Part shown: positions 33,201 to 42,963 of the stretch, piece by piece
Numbering within the stretch: the stretch's first letter is position 1
Layout of the letters: each line of letters begins with the position of its first letter
Assembly: GCA_965197475.1 (NCBI GenBank)
Contig: CBDANF010000003.1
Span: 800,001-864,000, forward strand
Reading direction: 5' to 3'
Length of the DNA: 64,000 nt
DNA from: Candidatus Poribacteria bacterium
GTDB taxonomy: Bacteria > Poribacteria > WGA-4E > WGA-3G
The notes under the pieces: model-generated
The model's database searches: none
The model's input: only the letters and a program-made list of their open reading frames with translations
Told to the model about the DNA's origin: nothing
Made by a program: the position numbers and the translations under genes

Positions 33201-36200
33201 GCATATCAAAGTGCAGGAAAGCTCAATGATGCAATTAAACTAGCAGAAAAATATATCCAGAACGATGCTGAAACTGGTGTTCATTACGCTCGTCTTGCAA
33301 AACTCTACGGCAGCAAAGGCGAGTTTGAAGATGCTATCACAACGTGTAAAAAAGCAATTGAACTTTCCCCGGGGAACGCACAAGTTTATCAGGAATTAGC
33401 GAATCTCTATCTGCGTAACAATAAGCTTGATGATGCAGAAAAAGCTTTCAACGAAGCCCTTCAATATTCTACACAGAGGTATGAACAACAAAACATTGAA
33501 CGACAATTAATGGATATCTACCGTCGGAGAGGAAAACTTGATGAATTTTTAAAAGAGGCAGAAAAGAAGGGTACACTTACCTATGATATGCAGAAGGAAC
33601 TCGCGCGCAATTATAGTAATCAAGGCAAGTTAGATGAAGCGACAAAGGCTTATGAGAAAGCACTTCAAATGACAACCCAGGAATGGGAACAGCGGGACAT
33701 TGAACGGTTGATATTATCACTTTACCGTCGTCAAGGAAATTTAGAAGAAAAGTTAAAGGAAGCGGAAAAGAACAATACCCTTACGTTCAATATGCAAGTA
33801 GAACTTGCCCGACAATATCGTACTAAAGGTGAATCGGACAAAGCTATCAGTGCCTATAAGAAGGCACTTGACATGACATCCAGAAGCTATGATCAGGAAA
33901 ACGTTTATAAAGAGTTGATGCAGGAATACGTCCGTCTTGGTAAGAATGATTTAGCCATAGAACTTCATGATTCGATGGCTCAGTCGAATTCAAGCGGCAC
34001 CTCTTCTTCATATAGTCAGTCGGCTGGTTTCGTTATTACCTTCGGTGGCGATGAGGCTCGGCAAACTTTAATTAACGTCTATAGAAGCCAAGGAAAACTT
34101 GATCAATTGAAAACAATCTTTGAAGGTAAACTTGCAAAGAATACGAATGATCCTATTGCTCTTGAAATAGTTGCGGAGATACATAGGAATTCCAAAAACC
34201 ATGAGAAAGCTGCTGAAACTTACCGGGAACTCAGCAAAGCTGACCCTCAGAATATACATGCTTTTTACAATGCAGCCGCTGAATTCAACAAAAGTGATAA
34301 ATCAGAACTTGCTGAAGAGATGTTAAATCAAGGTGCTGCGGCACTTTCATCCAGCAACCGTAAGGGAGAGGTGTGGTTCCTCTGTTCACTTGGTTCTATC
34401 TGTTATAGAGCAAAAATGTACACCCCTGCAATAAAGCTGTTTAAAGACGCGATCGCTGCCAATCAAACTCGTAGCCGCAGTAGTAGTAGATGGGAAGAGG
34501 AGGGATTATATGAACTCATCGGAAAAAGTGCTATCGCTACAGAACAGTATGAAGAAGCCGTTGAAGCATATCAGCAGCTGAAAAAGATTGCCCGCGATGG
34601 TAGAAAGAGAGAGAACGCAGAAAAAGCTATTAAACAGGCATTTAAAGATGGCAAACTTTACGAAAAACGGATTCCTGAACAGATTAAGAAAGTTGAAGCG
34701 GATCCGAATGATGTAAATGCGCGCCTCGCGCTTGCACAAAACTACGAATTAAGTGACAAACCTGAAGAGGCACTTGCACAATATGAAAAGATTAGCGAAC
34801 TTCAACCTGACAAATCTGAATGGCACAAAAAAATTGGTGACCTATACAATAGCTCTACCCAAACTAACAAGCAAGACAATTTAGAGAAGGCGGCTGCGGC
34901 TTATGAAAAAGCGATCACACTTGAGCCTACTTCGTATGAATTTTACGACTTGTTGGCAAAAATTCATAAAAAACAAGACAACCCATCAAAAGCTGAAGCC
35001 GTATATCGTCAAGCATTACAAGTTACTTTCGAACCCGCTGAATATGATTCAGATGTCAAAGATTCAACTGTCAATGCGATCCTGAAACTTTACGATGGTA
35101 AAGAACATGCAGATAAGCGGCTTGCCATTCTTGTAGAACTTGGTTCAAAAACAACTAACATTCCTATTTTGCACAAAATGTTAGGTGATACCTACGTAGA
35201 ATCAGGTGATACAGAAAAAGCCACGCTTGCATACAAGAAATGGTTAGAAATACTTAAAAATGATTCTAATCAGCGAAATCAGGCATCGAAATATTTTCAA
35301 CTGGCTGAAAGTCTTCTTAGCCAGGATATCATGCTGGATTTTGCGTTAGAACTTGCCAAACAAGCAGCTGAAAGCCGCTCTGATCCAATTTACTTTTCAA
35401 CATTGGGACATGCATACCTTGCTAACGAACAGTATGACCAAGCTTTAGAACAGTTCCAAGTTAGCCTAAACCTTATAACTCAGTCTGGAAGTTTCAGAGG
35501 CAACACAGTAGAACATCTATTGACACGCATCTCTCAAGCAGGAAAGAATGTGAAAGACAAATCACGTTACATTGAGATAATGGGAAAAGTGATTAATGCC
35601 ATTCCTGAGAAACTTGACATTCAGTTAACTGCGAACCTAAAATTAGCAGAATTCTGCCGTGAACTCGGAATGATTGACAAAGCAAAATTGTATATTCAGG
35701 AAACCGGCTTTTTCCCTGAAACCGCATGGTTAACCCTCGGCCCATTTGACAATACAGAGGGTGTCGGTTACAACACTGCCTACATCTCTGAAGAAATGGC
35801 AAAGATTGACATAAACGCGAAATACGAAGGCGTTACTGGACAAATGGCTTGGAAGCAAGGGACTGATGAAATCTTTGATGGATTCTTTGAGTTTGGCAAA
35901 GATGAAAAATGGTACGCTGCGTATGCTTGGATAACCTTTACCTCACCTGAGGAACGGAAAGCACAATTCCGATTCGACAGTGACGACCAAGGTAAAGTGT
36001 GGTTAAATGGGAAAAAGATGTATGCACACAGAAGAACTCGTGGTGCACAAATTGACCGCCGAACTATTCCGGTAACTCTCATCGCTGGTCAAAACTCTAT
36101 CCTCGTTAAGGTCTGTAATGAATCGCTTCCTTGGGGATTCTATCTGCGGATTACTGATACTGAAGGAAACCCTTTTAAAGATTTGAAACTTGGTGGACAA

Positions 36201-36212
36201 GGTGAGAATTAG
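27213..36212 (+). CDS. Giant secreted or membrane-anchored TPR protein (2999 aa) with C-terminal beta-sandwich domain
   Basis: N-terminal hydrophobic helix, dozens of TPR motifs, C-terminal WLTLGPFDN...DSDDQGKVWLNG...GFYLRITD; AAGGAGG RBS. Confidence 0.9.
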   Translation: MSGRKKYVIALCVLILMISTLSLSTIIFAQDETDDAKIIERYKLMLSRKPREGSTFDRLYQFYLEGNGLEAMVTDYQAEAQAKPNDPNIQLILGHIYKRLGKDKEALTAYQRAVTLTPNDYYGYFALGQLYVTLHQHEDAIRELSKAATLSEQAQSVSPEELTTIFKTLGNAYFSRDKLDDAIQAWEKISELDPQNIFARIELADLFREKELYSQAIAQHQAIIDIKKDDSYRMCLSLREIGKIHEDKGAYQEARKHYDKALDLTAPGNWLRKDLQHRIIAIYSADANWKDLITYYQGKLETTPNDTELLGLLAAAYIENQQLEEGIDTYKNGLKLAPTDTGLRLNLIAALRNAEKFEDAATEYESLSEQQPDNFGIYRELGKLYLQLENEDKARAVYQRMIDRDSENASTYLTLAEIYIGHEWVEDAVAAYQKAISLAPENLDYIEYFGEFYFRQGNRDKAVETWKRIVADDNSTAENYDRLARLLETKKFPAEAIEASRKAVELMPDAYRFREALAKRLMNHKQYDDALVEYTEALKLAPNAFFAEQMDDQRIELYRQQGTLVVKIEDLETQLDKTGLAETDRFTHLKRLAKMYIKLGNATYALEILLKAKELQPNDVNVNRWTANVYVKQGIRDEAVAIFKHLTEIDNANAREYYANIANAYLKGMDFEAATDAAKQVIAHSPRNPEGHQLLANIAKQSTNYEAAIDSYKQAIRLRPEAIDIRMELAAIYNLSGNFREAIAQYWRCWELSNNVNDKLSFIKPLTEAYYDLGRRTELEEKLKQMAKSSTSGVGPVLALAQVYRAEGDLSSARFQLARVLDRQRENAALLSQLVEISMDLGDMQEALTYQEQLVKANPDPIHQQKLGELLFDVGREQEAVQAWSKVLHAKNKTFEADVKLAKLLIRQGLLEEALFALDSAAEKISGKDAHLALYQIGVTLIEMNESDSAIPHFQRIIAMSKPTSDSTSVATSNQTTTSVSTANYAPPGISGNKLNLAHSLLNRIQRQPYGYARRQQWSPSSFEEAQAGALVQLKIIMEADGKLNELVAQFEENATENPKDIQTLELLAQVYVLTGNRQKSEQITERLIAVSPNNPEYQGMRLNLFEMQRELNYEKLMKLLEKMTWLTPEARQSYLVNFARRFYYQGQKEDTGKLLDDLEKAKVIYPNNLPMLAETLGLMERTDAAGKVLAQFLPTATPQLSQQYSRVFRTLAAKYLRDGKTDKAVALYWQYFERTKPKVVNPRRTMPLGTASYSYAGYSPIQSSFPVPTTYYSQDRLQYLQQIFNQLWINDQQQALYTVLQAKLDAAEGRDRIYPALAMCYCYWWENKRETALEILTGLQKEFSDDLTLKLNTVLVSIQTGEHKAALALLDNLAHVDPRNRRQYYDLTLQIAVHIGDVAAVRELMTKVLNSPSSVRELYQFSQKLQQTGLTQYAIAVAKKTMTLAMRERDPNFLAQLSEHLDQLGRGQDAARIAARAIQFANQQDRHGQMLYSGNFQRAARLASRSQPATNRAAKLIEAAKKNPNSFQSQLKLASYYESRNQINQASDAYEAALKLRPKDYSTRMRYVQMLQRNRLSKKAVTQYSILLKENNSNAMSSNYWEIVRTFTEAGEIDKLVSVVKEIIEQDKQTGFGYDFANRAAQECIRNKKPNAAVEIYEKMMETGRTNVYHQLADAYVATGNREKGIELLREKLQTEPTESKVSIILELSEFDETLDELKALAAKHDEVIVDDKVDPSLLYLAAVTKIVTKDIEGSDPIVNKLLERISPQFRLQWLNTLADTYRDKAEQDREIRMLEAATEKVDPQNHWQLSDTYRKLGTAYSQKGEKEKAQYFFRKMGTLQLLRRTAPTFWDKENVARTYIQHEMWDEAELLLTEVINDLSADQHYRERAQRQLTTIKRNRDGISDTEQSTPETEGINIVLQRSMAQQHMRRNQISEAIEIYEQIAKVMPEDLESRSQLAALYSRQKQHKKALETWEALLEVDPENTKYQDGIINAYQSAGKLNDAIKLAEKYIQNDAETGVHYARLAKLYGSKGEFEDAITTCKKAIELSPGNAQVYQELANLYLRNNKLDDAEKAFNEALQYSTQRYEQQNIERQLMDIYRRRGKLDEFLKEAEKKGTLTYDMQKELARNYSNQGKLDEATKAYEKALQMTTQEWEQRDIERLILSLYRRQGNLEEKLKEAEKNNTLTFNMQVELARQYRTKGESDKAISAYKKALDMTSRSYDQENVYKELMQEYVRLGKNDLAIELHDSMAQSNSSGTSSSYSQSAGFVITFGGDEARQTLINVYRSQGKLDQLKTIFEGKLAKNTNDPIALEIVAEIHRNSKNHEKAAETYRELSKADPQNIHAFYNAAAEFNKSDKSELAEEMLNQGAAALSSSNRKGEVWFLCSLGSICYRAKMYTPAIKLFKDAIAANQTRSRSSSRWEEEGLYELIGKSAIATEQYEEAVEAYQQLKKIARDGRKRENAEKAIKQAFKDGKLYEKRIPEQIKKVEADPNDVNARLALAQNYELSDKPEEALAQYEKISELQPDKSEWHKKIGDLYNSSTQTNKQDNLEKAAAAYEKAITLEPTSYEFYDLLAKIHKKQDNPSKAEAVYRQALQVTFEPAEYDSDVKDSTVNAILKLYDGKEHADKRLAILVELGSKTTNIPILHKMLGDTYVESGDTEKATLAYKKWLEILKNDSNQRNQASKYFQLAESLLSQDIMLDFALELAKQAAESRSDPIYFSTLGHAYLANEQYDQALEQFQVSLNLITQSGSFRGNTVEHLLTRISQAGKNVKDKSRYIEIMGKVINAIPEKLDIQLTANLKLAEFCRELGMIDKAKLYIQETGFFPETAWLTLGPFDNTEGVGYNTAYISEEMAKIDINAKYEGVTGQMAWKQGTDEIFDGFFEFGKDEKWYAAYAWITFTSPEERKAQFRFDSDDQGKVWLNGKKMYAHRRTRGAQIDRRTIPVTLIAGQNSILVKVCNESLPWGFYLRITDTEGNPFKDLKLGGQGEN

Positions 36213-36285
36213 CGCAAATTAATTTTCCGAAGATTTAAAATTTATATTTCAATGTGCCTAATTCCAATGCAAGTTCGGCTAAAGT

Positions 36286-36560
36286 TATAGGTTGGGTTTC
36301 GCATGTGCTCTATTGATATGCGTCAATTTAAGGAAGTTCTACATGTTCCACAAGACCGTAGGCGTGCTTTGGAAGCAATCATTGAGAAAAACAAAAACGC
36401 GTTTGTAGTCGCGCAATTCACGCGCTTCTTTTAGAATTTGTTGGGTTTTGCAAGTTCTACCCACCCTACGGTCCGGAAACTACAGTTAACTCATCTTGTA
36501 TAAGTTCGGTGCGGTTAGGAAACCGCACCTACATAAGGTAGAACCGAACCCTAACCTACA
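36286..36560. repeat. Cluster of GTAG-family REP-like palindromes
   Basis: GGTGCGGTTAGGAAACCGCACCTAC, TTGGGTTTTGCAAGTTCTACCCACCCTAC, TAGGTTGGGTTTCGC; related units at 47220, 53528, 55981. Confidence 0.6.
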
Positions 36561-36605
36561 TTTAAATTCTTATTGAACTCACTAATTCTATTGCGAGGAT
36601 ATTAC

Positions 36606-36950
36606 ATGTTAAGAAAAAATGGCTATTTAATGTTTGTTTGTGTACTAACGCTTCTCGTCTTTAACTTCACTGCCATTTACGCCAATGATTTGGGAAGTAG
36701 TGAGAAAACTGCCCAACAGGATGTGTCTGTTATGGGTACTGCGCTTGATCTTGCAGGAAATTCGAGTTATGTAGAAATTGGTGACAGTGAGACTTTAAAC
36801 AACATTTCGGAACAGGTTACGGTGTCTGTATGGATCAGACCAACAGATTATCCAAAAAGATATACCAATATTCTTTTCAAAGGCAACAAGCGAATGCCGG
36901 GTATCACGCATCGCCAATTTGCATTCTGGCTGCGGCCTGATGGGAGCGTT
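36606..36950 (+). pseudogene. Secreted LamG-like domain protein, truncated
   Basis: Signal peptide, ALDLAGNSSYVEI...VTVSVWIRP; breaks at the 124-bp repeat junction. Confidence 0.7.
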
Positions 36951-37073
36951 CAATATCAATTTTTGTATAGGCGGTAGTATACAGTGATGGTAAACCTGTT
37001 GTGTCTGAATCGTTACCCTGCAGGTTTATGTATTTTGGCTTTATGGTTCGCTTATGCACATCCCGGTTATAAT
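36950..37073. repeat. 124-bp exact direct repeat, copy 1
   Basis: Identical to 38971-39094. Confidence 0.95.
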
Positions 37074-37158
37074 ATCTGCCATTATCCGGGCCCCGCAGCG
37101 CATAAAGGGAAGTGCAGACAAAAAGTGTTAAAAGAAAATAGGATAATATACGTTTCAT
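36950..37158 (-). pseudogene. N-terminal fragment of a secreted protein
   Basis: GGAGG RBS, signal peptide MKRILSYFLLTLFVCTSLYA; its continuation lies at 39094-38680. Confidence 0.7.
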
Positions 37159-37170
37159 CGTTTTACCTCC

Positions 37171-37980
37171 TTATGGTAAATCTAAAAATTTGTAGGGGTC
37201 AATACCCTCATCAAAACTTAAAATCTCTAAGTGTGAAGGAATTTCACTTCCTTTTCTTGGCTTATTTCCTGTAATAGAACTCCTAATCAATGCCTTTATG
37301 TCTTTAGCTGGAAAATCATCAGGGTGACCGAGATATCGAAGTGCCGAATTTACCTTCGTCCCATCTGGACTAACAACTTCTTCCCATTCTACATACACTT
37401 TTCCTGGAATAATCGGGTAAACCAATCCGTTGTCGCCAAAAGTGGCACCTTCAACGCGTTCACCCTGTTTCCACAATTTAATCCAAACACGCATGAGTAA
37501 TTCATGGCCTTCTGAGAAACCTTTAAAAGAGAATTTTCCAGCGGGAAAATCTTCAGGAATCTCAGGATAAGGACCAAACCCGTAAGGAGAAACACGTACC
37601 TTGCGCGTCTTTGTTTTAGACGAGGCAGCATTATTCACTGCACCACTGGTTTTAGTCTTTTCAGAACCAGTGTTTGACTCTTCAGTGGTATCTTCGTTGA
37701 CGAATGCCGTTTCTACATTTTCATTCCACTCGTCCTGCACGATTTCTCCTGTAGGGGTAGTTCGTTTCATTACTGCTTCTGTACCGTTTTTTTCATCTTC
37801 CAGTTGAGCAATGAATGCCTCATGTGCTTCTGTCTCCTTTTGGATCTTTGCCATTTCATTTTGATACCAGAGCAAACATCCGATGGAGCAGATAACACAC
37901 AAGATGAAAGCCCCGAGGAACCACCTGTTAACTAAGACATCCCAGTACATTTTCGTTTCCTTTATCAAATTTGCTAACAA
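37171..37980 (-). CDS. Membrane-anchored hypothetical protein
   Basis: One TM helix, polar linker, C-terminal domain VSPYGFGPYPEIPEDFP...; start may be ATG 37950. Confidence 0.7.
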   Translation of the reverse strand: MLANLIKETKMYWDVLVNRWFLGAFILCVICSIGCLLWYQNEMAKIQKETEAHEAFIAQLEDEKNGTEAVMKRTTPTGEIVQDEWNENVETAFVNEDTTEESNTGSEKTKTSGAVNNAASSKTKTRKVRVSPYGFGPYPEIPEDFPAGKFSFKGFSEGHELLMRVWIKLWKQGERVEGATFGDNGLVYPIIPGKVYVEWEEVVSPDGTKVNSALRYLGHPDDFPAKDIKALIRSSITGNKPRKGSEIPSHLEILSFDEGIDPYKFLDLP

Positions 37981-38308
37981 AATTTATCTTCTATCGTCGC
38001 GCATAGTCTGCGGATTGAATAATAGAAGGAACACGCATCAAAATCAATCTTAAATGCTTTACGGCATTCAACGAGAACGATCCGATGCAACAACAAAAGC
38101 CTGCGACAATATGCCTCGTTTGAGACGAAGTACGTGCGGGCGCGAAAATATCGCAGCATATAATTCCTGCAATAAGACCTTAGGTATTATAATCCAAGTT
38201 TCGGTGAATGTCAAATTTATTTTACGAAATTTATCGGTTTTTACGTCATTTTTGCCAAATTATACACGCGAATTTTGTTTTTGTCAAATTAAATTCCGAA
38301 AATCTCAC

Positions 38309-38680
38309 CTATTCATCTTCCTTGAAGTCTTGACTTTGTAATCCGTAACTCTGCATTCGGTGCTGCAGCTGACGGCGAGAAATACCCAACAATTCTGCCG
38401 CTTTAGTTTGTGTGCCGTTCGTTTTTGTCAAAGCTGCATACACATATTCCTTGATAATATCATCCAAGGCAATGCCACCTTCAGGGATGTCAATCTCAAA
38501 ATCCGTGGGTGGCAGTGAGGTGTCCAAAATTTCGGGAGGCAATTGATCTAAGTCAATGGATGCGTTTTCGGACAAAACATAGATACGATGGAGATAGTTT
38601 TCCAATTGGCGCACGTTCCCGGGCCAATGAAAACGGCACAGGGCAGACATTGCGCGCTGTGTAATTCGCATCGGTACTAG
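38309..38680 (-). pseudogene. C-terminal fragment of a sigma54-dependent (NtrC-type) activator
   Basis: WPGNVRQLEN motif and Fis HTH (TQTKAAELLGISRRQL); no AAA core or receiver domain upstream. Confidence 0.82.
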
Positions 38681-39094
38681 ATAAAAGAGCATAGATTGCA
38701 GCTTTCTGCTTTTCCTCTTTATCTCTTTTCCTTTCTTCTTTAGTATCTCCCTCTCCCTCTATATCTCCAATGCCTCCATCATCCCACCAGTCAAAATCAG
38801 ACCTTTCTGCTTTCCTAATTATAGATCCTTCCCATGTGCCGATTTTTAAGTCAGGAGTCTGATTGATGACCCACGCATCAACTATGTAGTCACCTCCACA
38901 GGTTTCCTCTTCTCCTAATGGAGATGAACCGTTACAAGTGGATTTCGCATAAAAATCTATACCGTTCCACTCAATATCAATTTTTGTATAGGCGGTAGTA
39001 TACAGTGATGGTAAACCTGTTGTGTCTGAATCGTTACCCTGCAGGTTTATGTATTTTGGCTTTATGGTTCGCTTATGCACATCCCGGTTATAAT
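38680..39094 (-). pseudogene. Middle/C-terminal fragment of the secreted protein whose N-terminus is at 37158
   Basis: Starts with the shared 124-bp sequence, continues IEWNGIDFYAKSTC...; cut by IS3 on one side and the NtrC fragment on the other. Confidence 0.65.
38971..39094. repeat. 124-bp exact direct repeat, copy 2
   Basis: Identical to 36950-37073; abuts the IS3 left end. Confidence 0.95.
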
Positions 39095-40339
39095 TGTACT
39101 GCCACCGGAAATTCGGGCCGCTCTCTAAGACAAGATTATGGTATAATATTCATCTACTTGAAAGGAGTATCCGATGGCGAAACGAAAACGAAGAAACTTC
39201 ACCTCCGAGTTTAAAGCCGAAGTTGTTCTTGAGGCTCTCAGCGTTGAAAGTTCCCAAGCAGAAGTGTGTCGGCGACATAACCTCATCGATGAACAACTTT
39301 CAAAGTGGAAGCGACAGCTTCTTGAAAAAGCGGCGACCCTCTTTGAACCCGCTGATAAACAGTCTGATGCCTCTGCGGAGCGGATCGCCCAACTTGAGCA
39401 ACTCGTTGGGCGGTTGACCTTGGCACTTGACATCCAAAAAAAAGCCTCAACTTACTTGAGTTAGCCTCGATGGAGCAGCGAGAAATGGTTACGGCATTAC
39501 GGACAGACTTTTCGGTTCGGCAGATATGTGAGACACTCGGTTTCAACCGAAGCAACCTCTATTATCACTCCAAGCAGGCCCCGTGTGAAGCGGGCCTCCA
39601 GGATGAAATAGAGACGTTATCTTTGCTATATCCAACATACGGATATAGGCGTCCCACACAGTTGTTGGTGCGTAGCGGATACACCATCGGGTATAAACGT
39701 GTTGCCCGATTGATGAAGTCCGCCAACCTCTCGGTTTCTGTCAAGCGTGTCTGTCAAACCACGACATCCGTTGCGGGTGTGCGTCCCTGGAGCAATCGCC
39801 TTGAAAACCTTGATGTCTCCCGATGTAATCAGGTCTGGGTGGGCGATATTACCTACGTCCGCCTCAAAGGACACTTTATCTATGTTTGTCTGCTCATGGA
39901 TGTCTTCACTCGCATGATCAGAGGGTGGCATATCAGTCAACACTTGACGCAATCTCTGACGTTGAAACCCTTGGAGACAGCATTATGTCAAAGTGTCCCA
40001 GAGATCCATCATTCTGATCAAGGCGTTCAATATCTTTCAAATGCGTCCATCTCACTGCTTAGGCATCATGGGATTGAGATTTCAGTCGCCCGGAGAGGGT
40101 GTCCTTGGGAGAACGGATATGCTGAAAGACTTATCCGCACGCTCAAGGAAGAAGAAGTTCATCTCAATGACTATGAGGACATCCACGAAGCAAGAACCCG
40201 CATTGGGCATTTTATTACACAAGTGTATAATCACAAACGCCCTCACTCTGCGTTAGGGTATTTGACACCTGTGGAATTTGAGCAAAAAAACTTGTCTTAA
40301 CTTTGCTAAATTTTGGTCTGAATAAACGGTAGCACTTCA
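39095..40339 (+). mobile_element. IS3-family IS (orfA 39174-39464, orfB 39470-40300)
   Basis: TG...CA ends (TGTACTGCCACCG / CGGTAGCACTTCA), A7G slippery site, WVGDITY, HSDQG, WENGYAER. Confidence 0.93.
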
Positions 40340-40400
40340 AAAGGACAAATTTTTTCTATAAACATATCGCTCCGCTGGAGCGAAAGATTACGTGCTTTAA

Positions 40401-40834
40401 CTATACTTTGGACAATTTTTAGAGTTCTTGAGTGATAGTCAAGGTCAATAGAAACATCTAAGACATTATAGTAAAATCTGTAATTATCTGGACACTGCTG
40501 TAGCGTCCACTTTCAGTTTGCGCAAGGACGACACAAACTAAAAGTTTGTGCTACAAAATATGCGGTAGGAACTGTTTCCCAACTGGACCGATAACAATGT
40601 CCAAGTAATTCTAAAATCTACTATAATATAAGATTTAATTGATACACATTTCGCCCCGCGGGCTAATAGGGGTTGTTCACCAGCGTTTCTATAAACATTT
40701 CGCCCCGTTGGGTCTGCCTTTGCTGCACCTATAATAGTTTTTCTGTGGGTTACAACTTTGCACAAAACTCGTAGAAAAATAGAAAGGACTTGAGAACACA
40801 ACATGAAACAGACAGAAATTGTCCAAACTTTAGT
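40401..40834. mobile_element. MITE (CTATACTTTGGACAATTT ends) containing a nested MITE and REP units
   Basis: Ends CTATACTTTGGACAATTT / AAATTGTCCAAACTTTAG; copy without the nested insert at 61913-62137. Confidence 0.8.
40469..40623. mobile_element. IS630-type MITE nested in the above
   Basis: TA[TAGTAAAATCTG...AAAATCTACTA]TA, ends like the IS630 at 14730; absent from the 61913 copy. Confidence 0.78.
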
Positions 40835-41037
40835 AACTATAAGGGAATTGATCGATTTTCAATAGGTAGCAAATTGAGTTATAATTCTAAAGTGCTCTGC
40901 CTTGCTACAGTAGATTCGTCAATTCACGCTGAAATCTATCCTTACGGATATCCGTTCCCTCCTATTATCCTGTTGTTAACCTTCTGTATAGTTATAGTAT
41001 AATATTGAAAACTGCTAATTGTTCTGAGGTGGACACT

Positions 41038-42209
41038 ATGCAAAAATTATTTCTCAAAATTATTAAACCGCAGGCCTTTATTGGGTGCTTTATATTACTC
41101 ATATTAACCGGTATTTCACTTGTTTCTGCTGACGAGGAACACGGTGAATCAACCCGCCCCGACAGCTACGGACCAATCGGTGTAATGGGGGAGCAGGTGA
41201 GTTGATGCTTTCATATTGTTTTATGGGTATGGGTATGAATGGACTCCGAGATGGGGCTGATCCTATTTCAACCGAAGAAGCCCTCAAAACTTATGCTATG
41301 GTTCCGACCGTAATGCAGATGCAAATGCGCATGTTCGGTGCGATGTTTGCGCCTCACGATATTGTCACGTTCATGGCGATGACAAGTTATCGGAGTAATT
41401 TCATGGAAATGAAAGGCGCACATGCTCACGCTACTGGAGGACATGACCATGCTGTAGGAAATCACGAGATCGAGAGCGGCGGACTTGGCGACCTCAGGCT
41501 TTCTGCACTGATTCCTTTACTCAATAGATCAAATTTAGTCCTACTTCTTAAAGCGGGTGTCTCTATCCCGGTAGGTTCTATTCCTGTAGAAGGCACACAC
41601 GGTGGAACGGAGGAGGTAGTTCTTCCGTATCCGATGCAATTGGGTTCCGGTTCTTTTGAACTGATGCCTGGTGCAACCGCTGCGACAACACAGGGCAATT
41701 GGTCGTTTGGTTTGCAGGCGAATGCTGCAATTCCTCTCAATGAAAACAATCGAGGTTATAAATTGGGAACTTCTATTGGCACTACGGTTTGGGGCACACG
41801 CAAGCTCAATGACTGGCTCAGTGTTTCTATCCGTGGATCGTTTAAAAATTGGGGCAATATTTCTGGTCAAGATGCGGCATTCGCCCCAAAAGACGAGATG
41901 GAATCGACAGAAGATCATCATGATACTGAGGAGCATGGAACCCAGGATGCTCATCATGCAGCACCGATGGAGACAACCGATGTTTATTATATCGCGCCAA
42001 CGATGGACCCAAATCTTCGCGGCGGCACGCGCGGCAGTTTGTCAGCAGGTGTGAACTTCATCGTTCCTGACAGAGTCGGTGGTGTTTTGGCGGGGCAGCG
42101 GCTTGCTGTTGAGTTACAGATGCCGGTCTATGAGAATCTTGACGGACCACAGATGGGATTGGATTGGACTATTGTTGCTGGTTGGCAATACGCTTTTGCG
42201 TTATGGTAG
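41038..42209 (+). pseudogene. His-rich outer-membrane transporter-like beta-barrel, frameshifted near 41200
   Basis: Signal peptide, PIGVMG then MLSY in another frame, GLGDL, LPYPMQLGSGS, NLDGPQM, terminal WQYAF; two His-rich loops. Confidence 0.7.
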
Positions 42210-42465
42210 AGCGGTTGTTGACTTTCGGCAGCTGGCTATTGGCTGTTGGTTATAACGTGCTGCTTACCAATTTTTTGGATGATCGGACTACTGCTTGGGT
42301 CTTAGGTTATTTCCAAGAGGATGCCGCAGCGTTCGGTGCTTAAATCTGTGCAGGTTAGACCGGGCGGTGGTTCTCGAATCGGTTGCGGTGTGATTGGATT
42401 GGTAGAGTAAAAGTTAACTCTTTTATAGAAGTGAACTCCTTAGTGGCGATTTCTAACTGCAGCTA

Positions 42466-42963
42466 TTACTGTGCCTCGCCTGCCTCCCGTAACACAAAAT
42501 CAATCAGCGAGTCGCTCATACGCATTCCGTTATTTCGCAATGCCATTAAAAGAGGCTTAATTGCATCAATCAAGCCTTCTTCCTTTGCCTCCAGCAAAAT
42601 ACCCGCCGTTCCCTTCACAATGAGTCCGACTCTTTTAGCCTCCTGCCGTGCCTTCTTCTCATCTATAATCACAAAAGAAGCCTTGTGCTCATTAGCAAGA
42701 GCCAAGACCTCGGCTTCACCGTCATCAAGCCCTTCATAAACCGCTGCGTTTTGCGGATCCGTTAAATCAACAGTTTTAATCCACGGAGCATCATTGAGTG
42801 CTTGTTGACGAACTTCTTTTTTCGTTCGGAGAAATTCCCTTTCAACTTCTCGTGGTATCCATACTTCTGTATAGAGATCCCGAAACAGAGAAAGAAGGTT
42901 TAGTCCCCAGAGCGAAACGAGGGGACTATTATTACTGATGATTGGCTTTACGGGCATTCTCAA
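42466..42963 (-). CDS. DUF3368 PIN-like protein
   Basis: ISNNSPLV, LDDGEAEVLALA, IIDEKKARQEA, GTAGILLEAK. Confidence 0.85.
   Translation of the reverse strand: MRMPVKPIISNNSPLVSLWGLNLLSLFRDLYTEVWIPREVEREFLRTKKEVRQQALNDAPWIKTVDLTDPQNAAVYEGLDDGEAEVLALANEHKASFVIIDEKKARQEAKRVGLIVKGTAGILLEAKEEGLIDAIKPLLMALRNNGMRMSDSLIDFVLREAGEAQ

Noticed and set aside
36286-36560. Short palindromes as a CRISPR array
   Set aside because: Units differ in sequence and spacing; no cas genes; they fit REP-type repeats
36950-39094. 124-bp repeat pair as a DGR template/variable repeat
   Set aside because: Copies are identical with no adenine-specific mismatches, and there is no reverse transcriptase in the window
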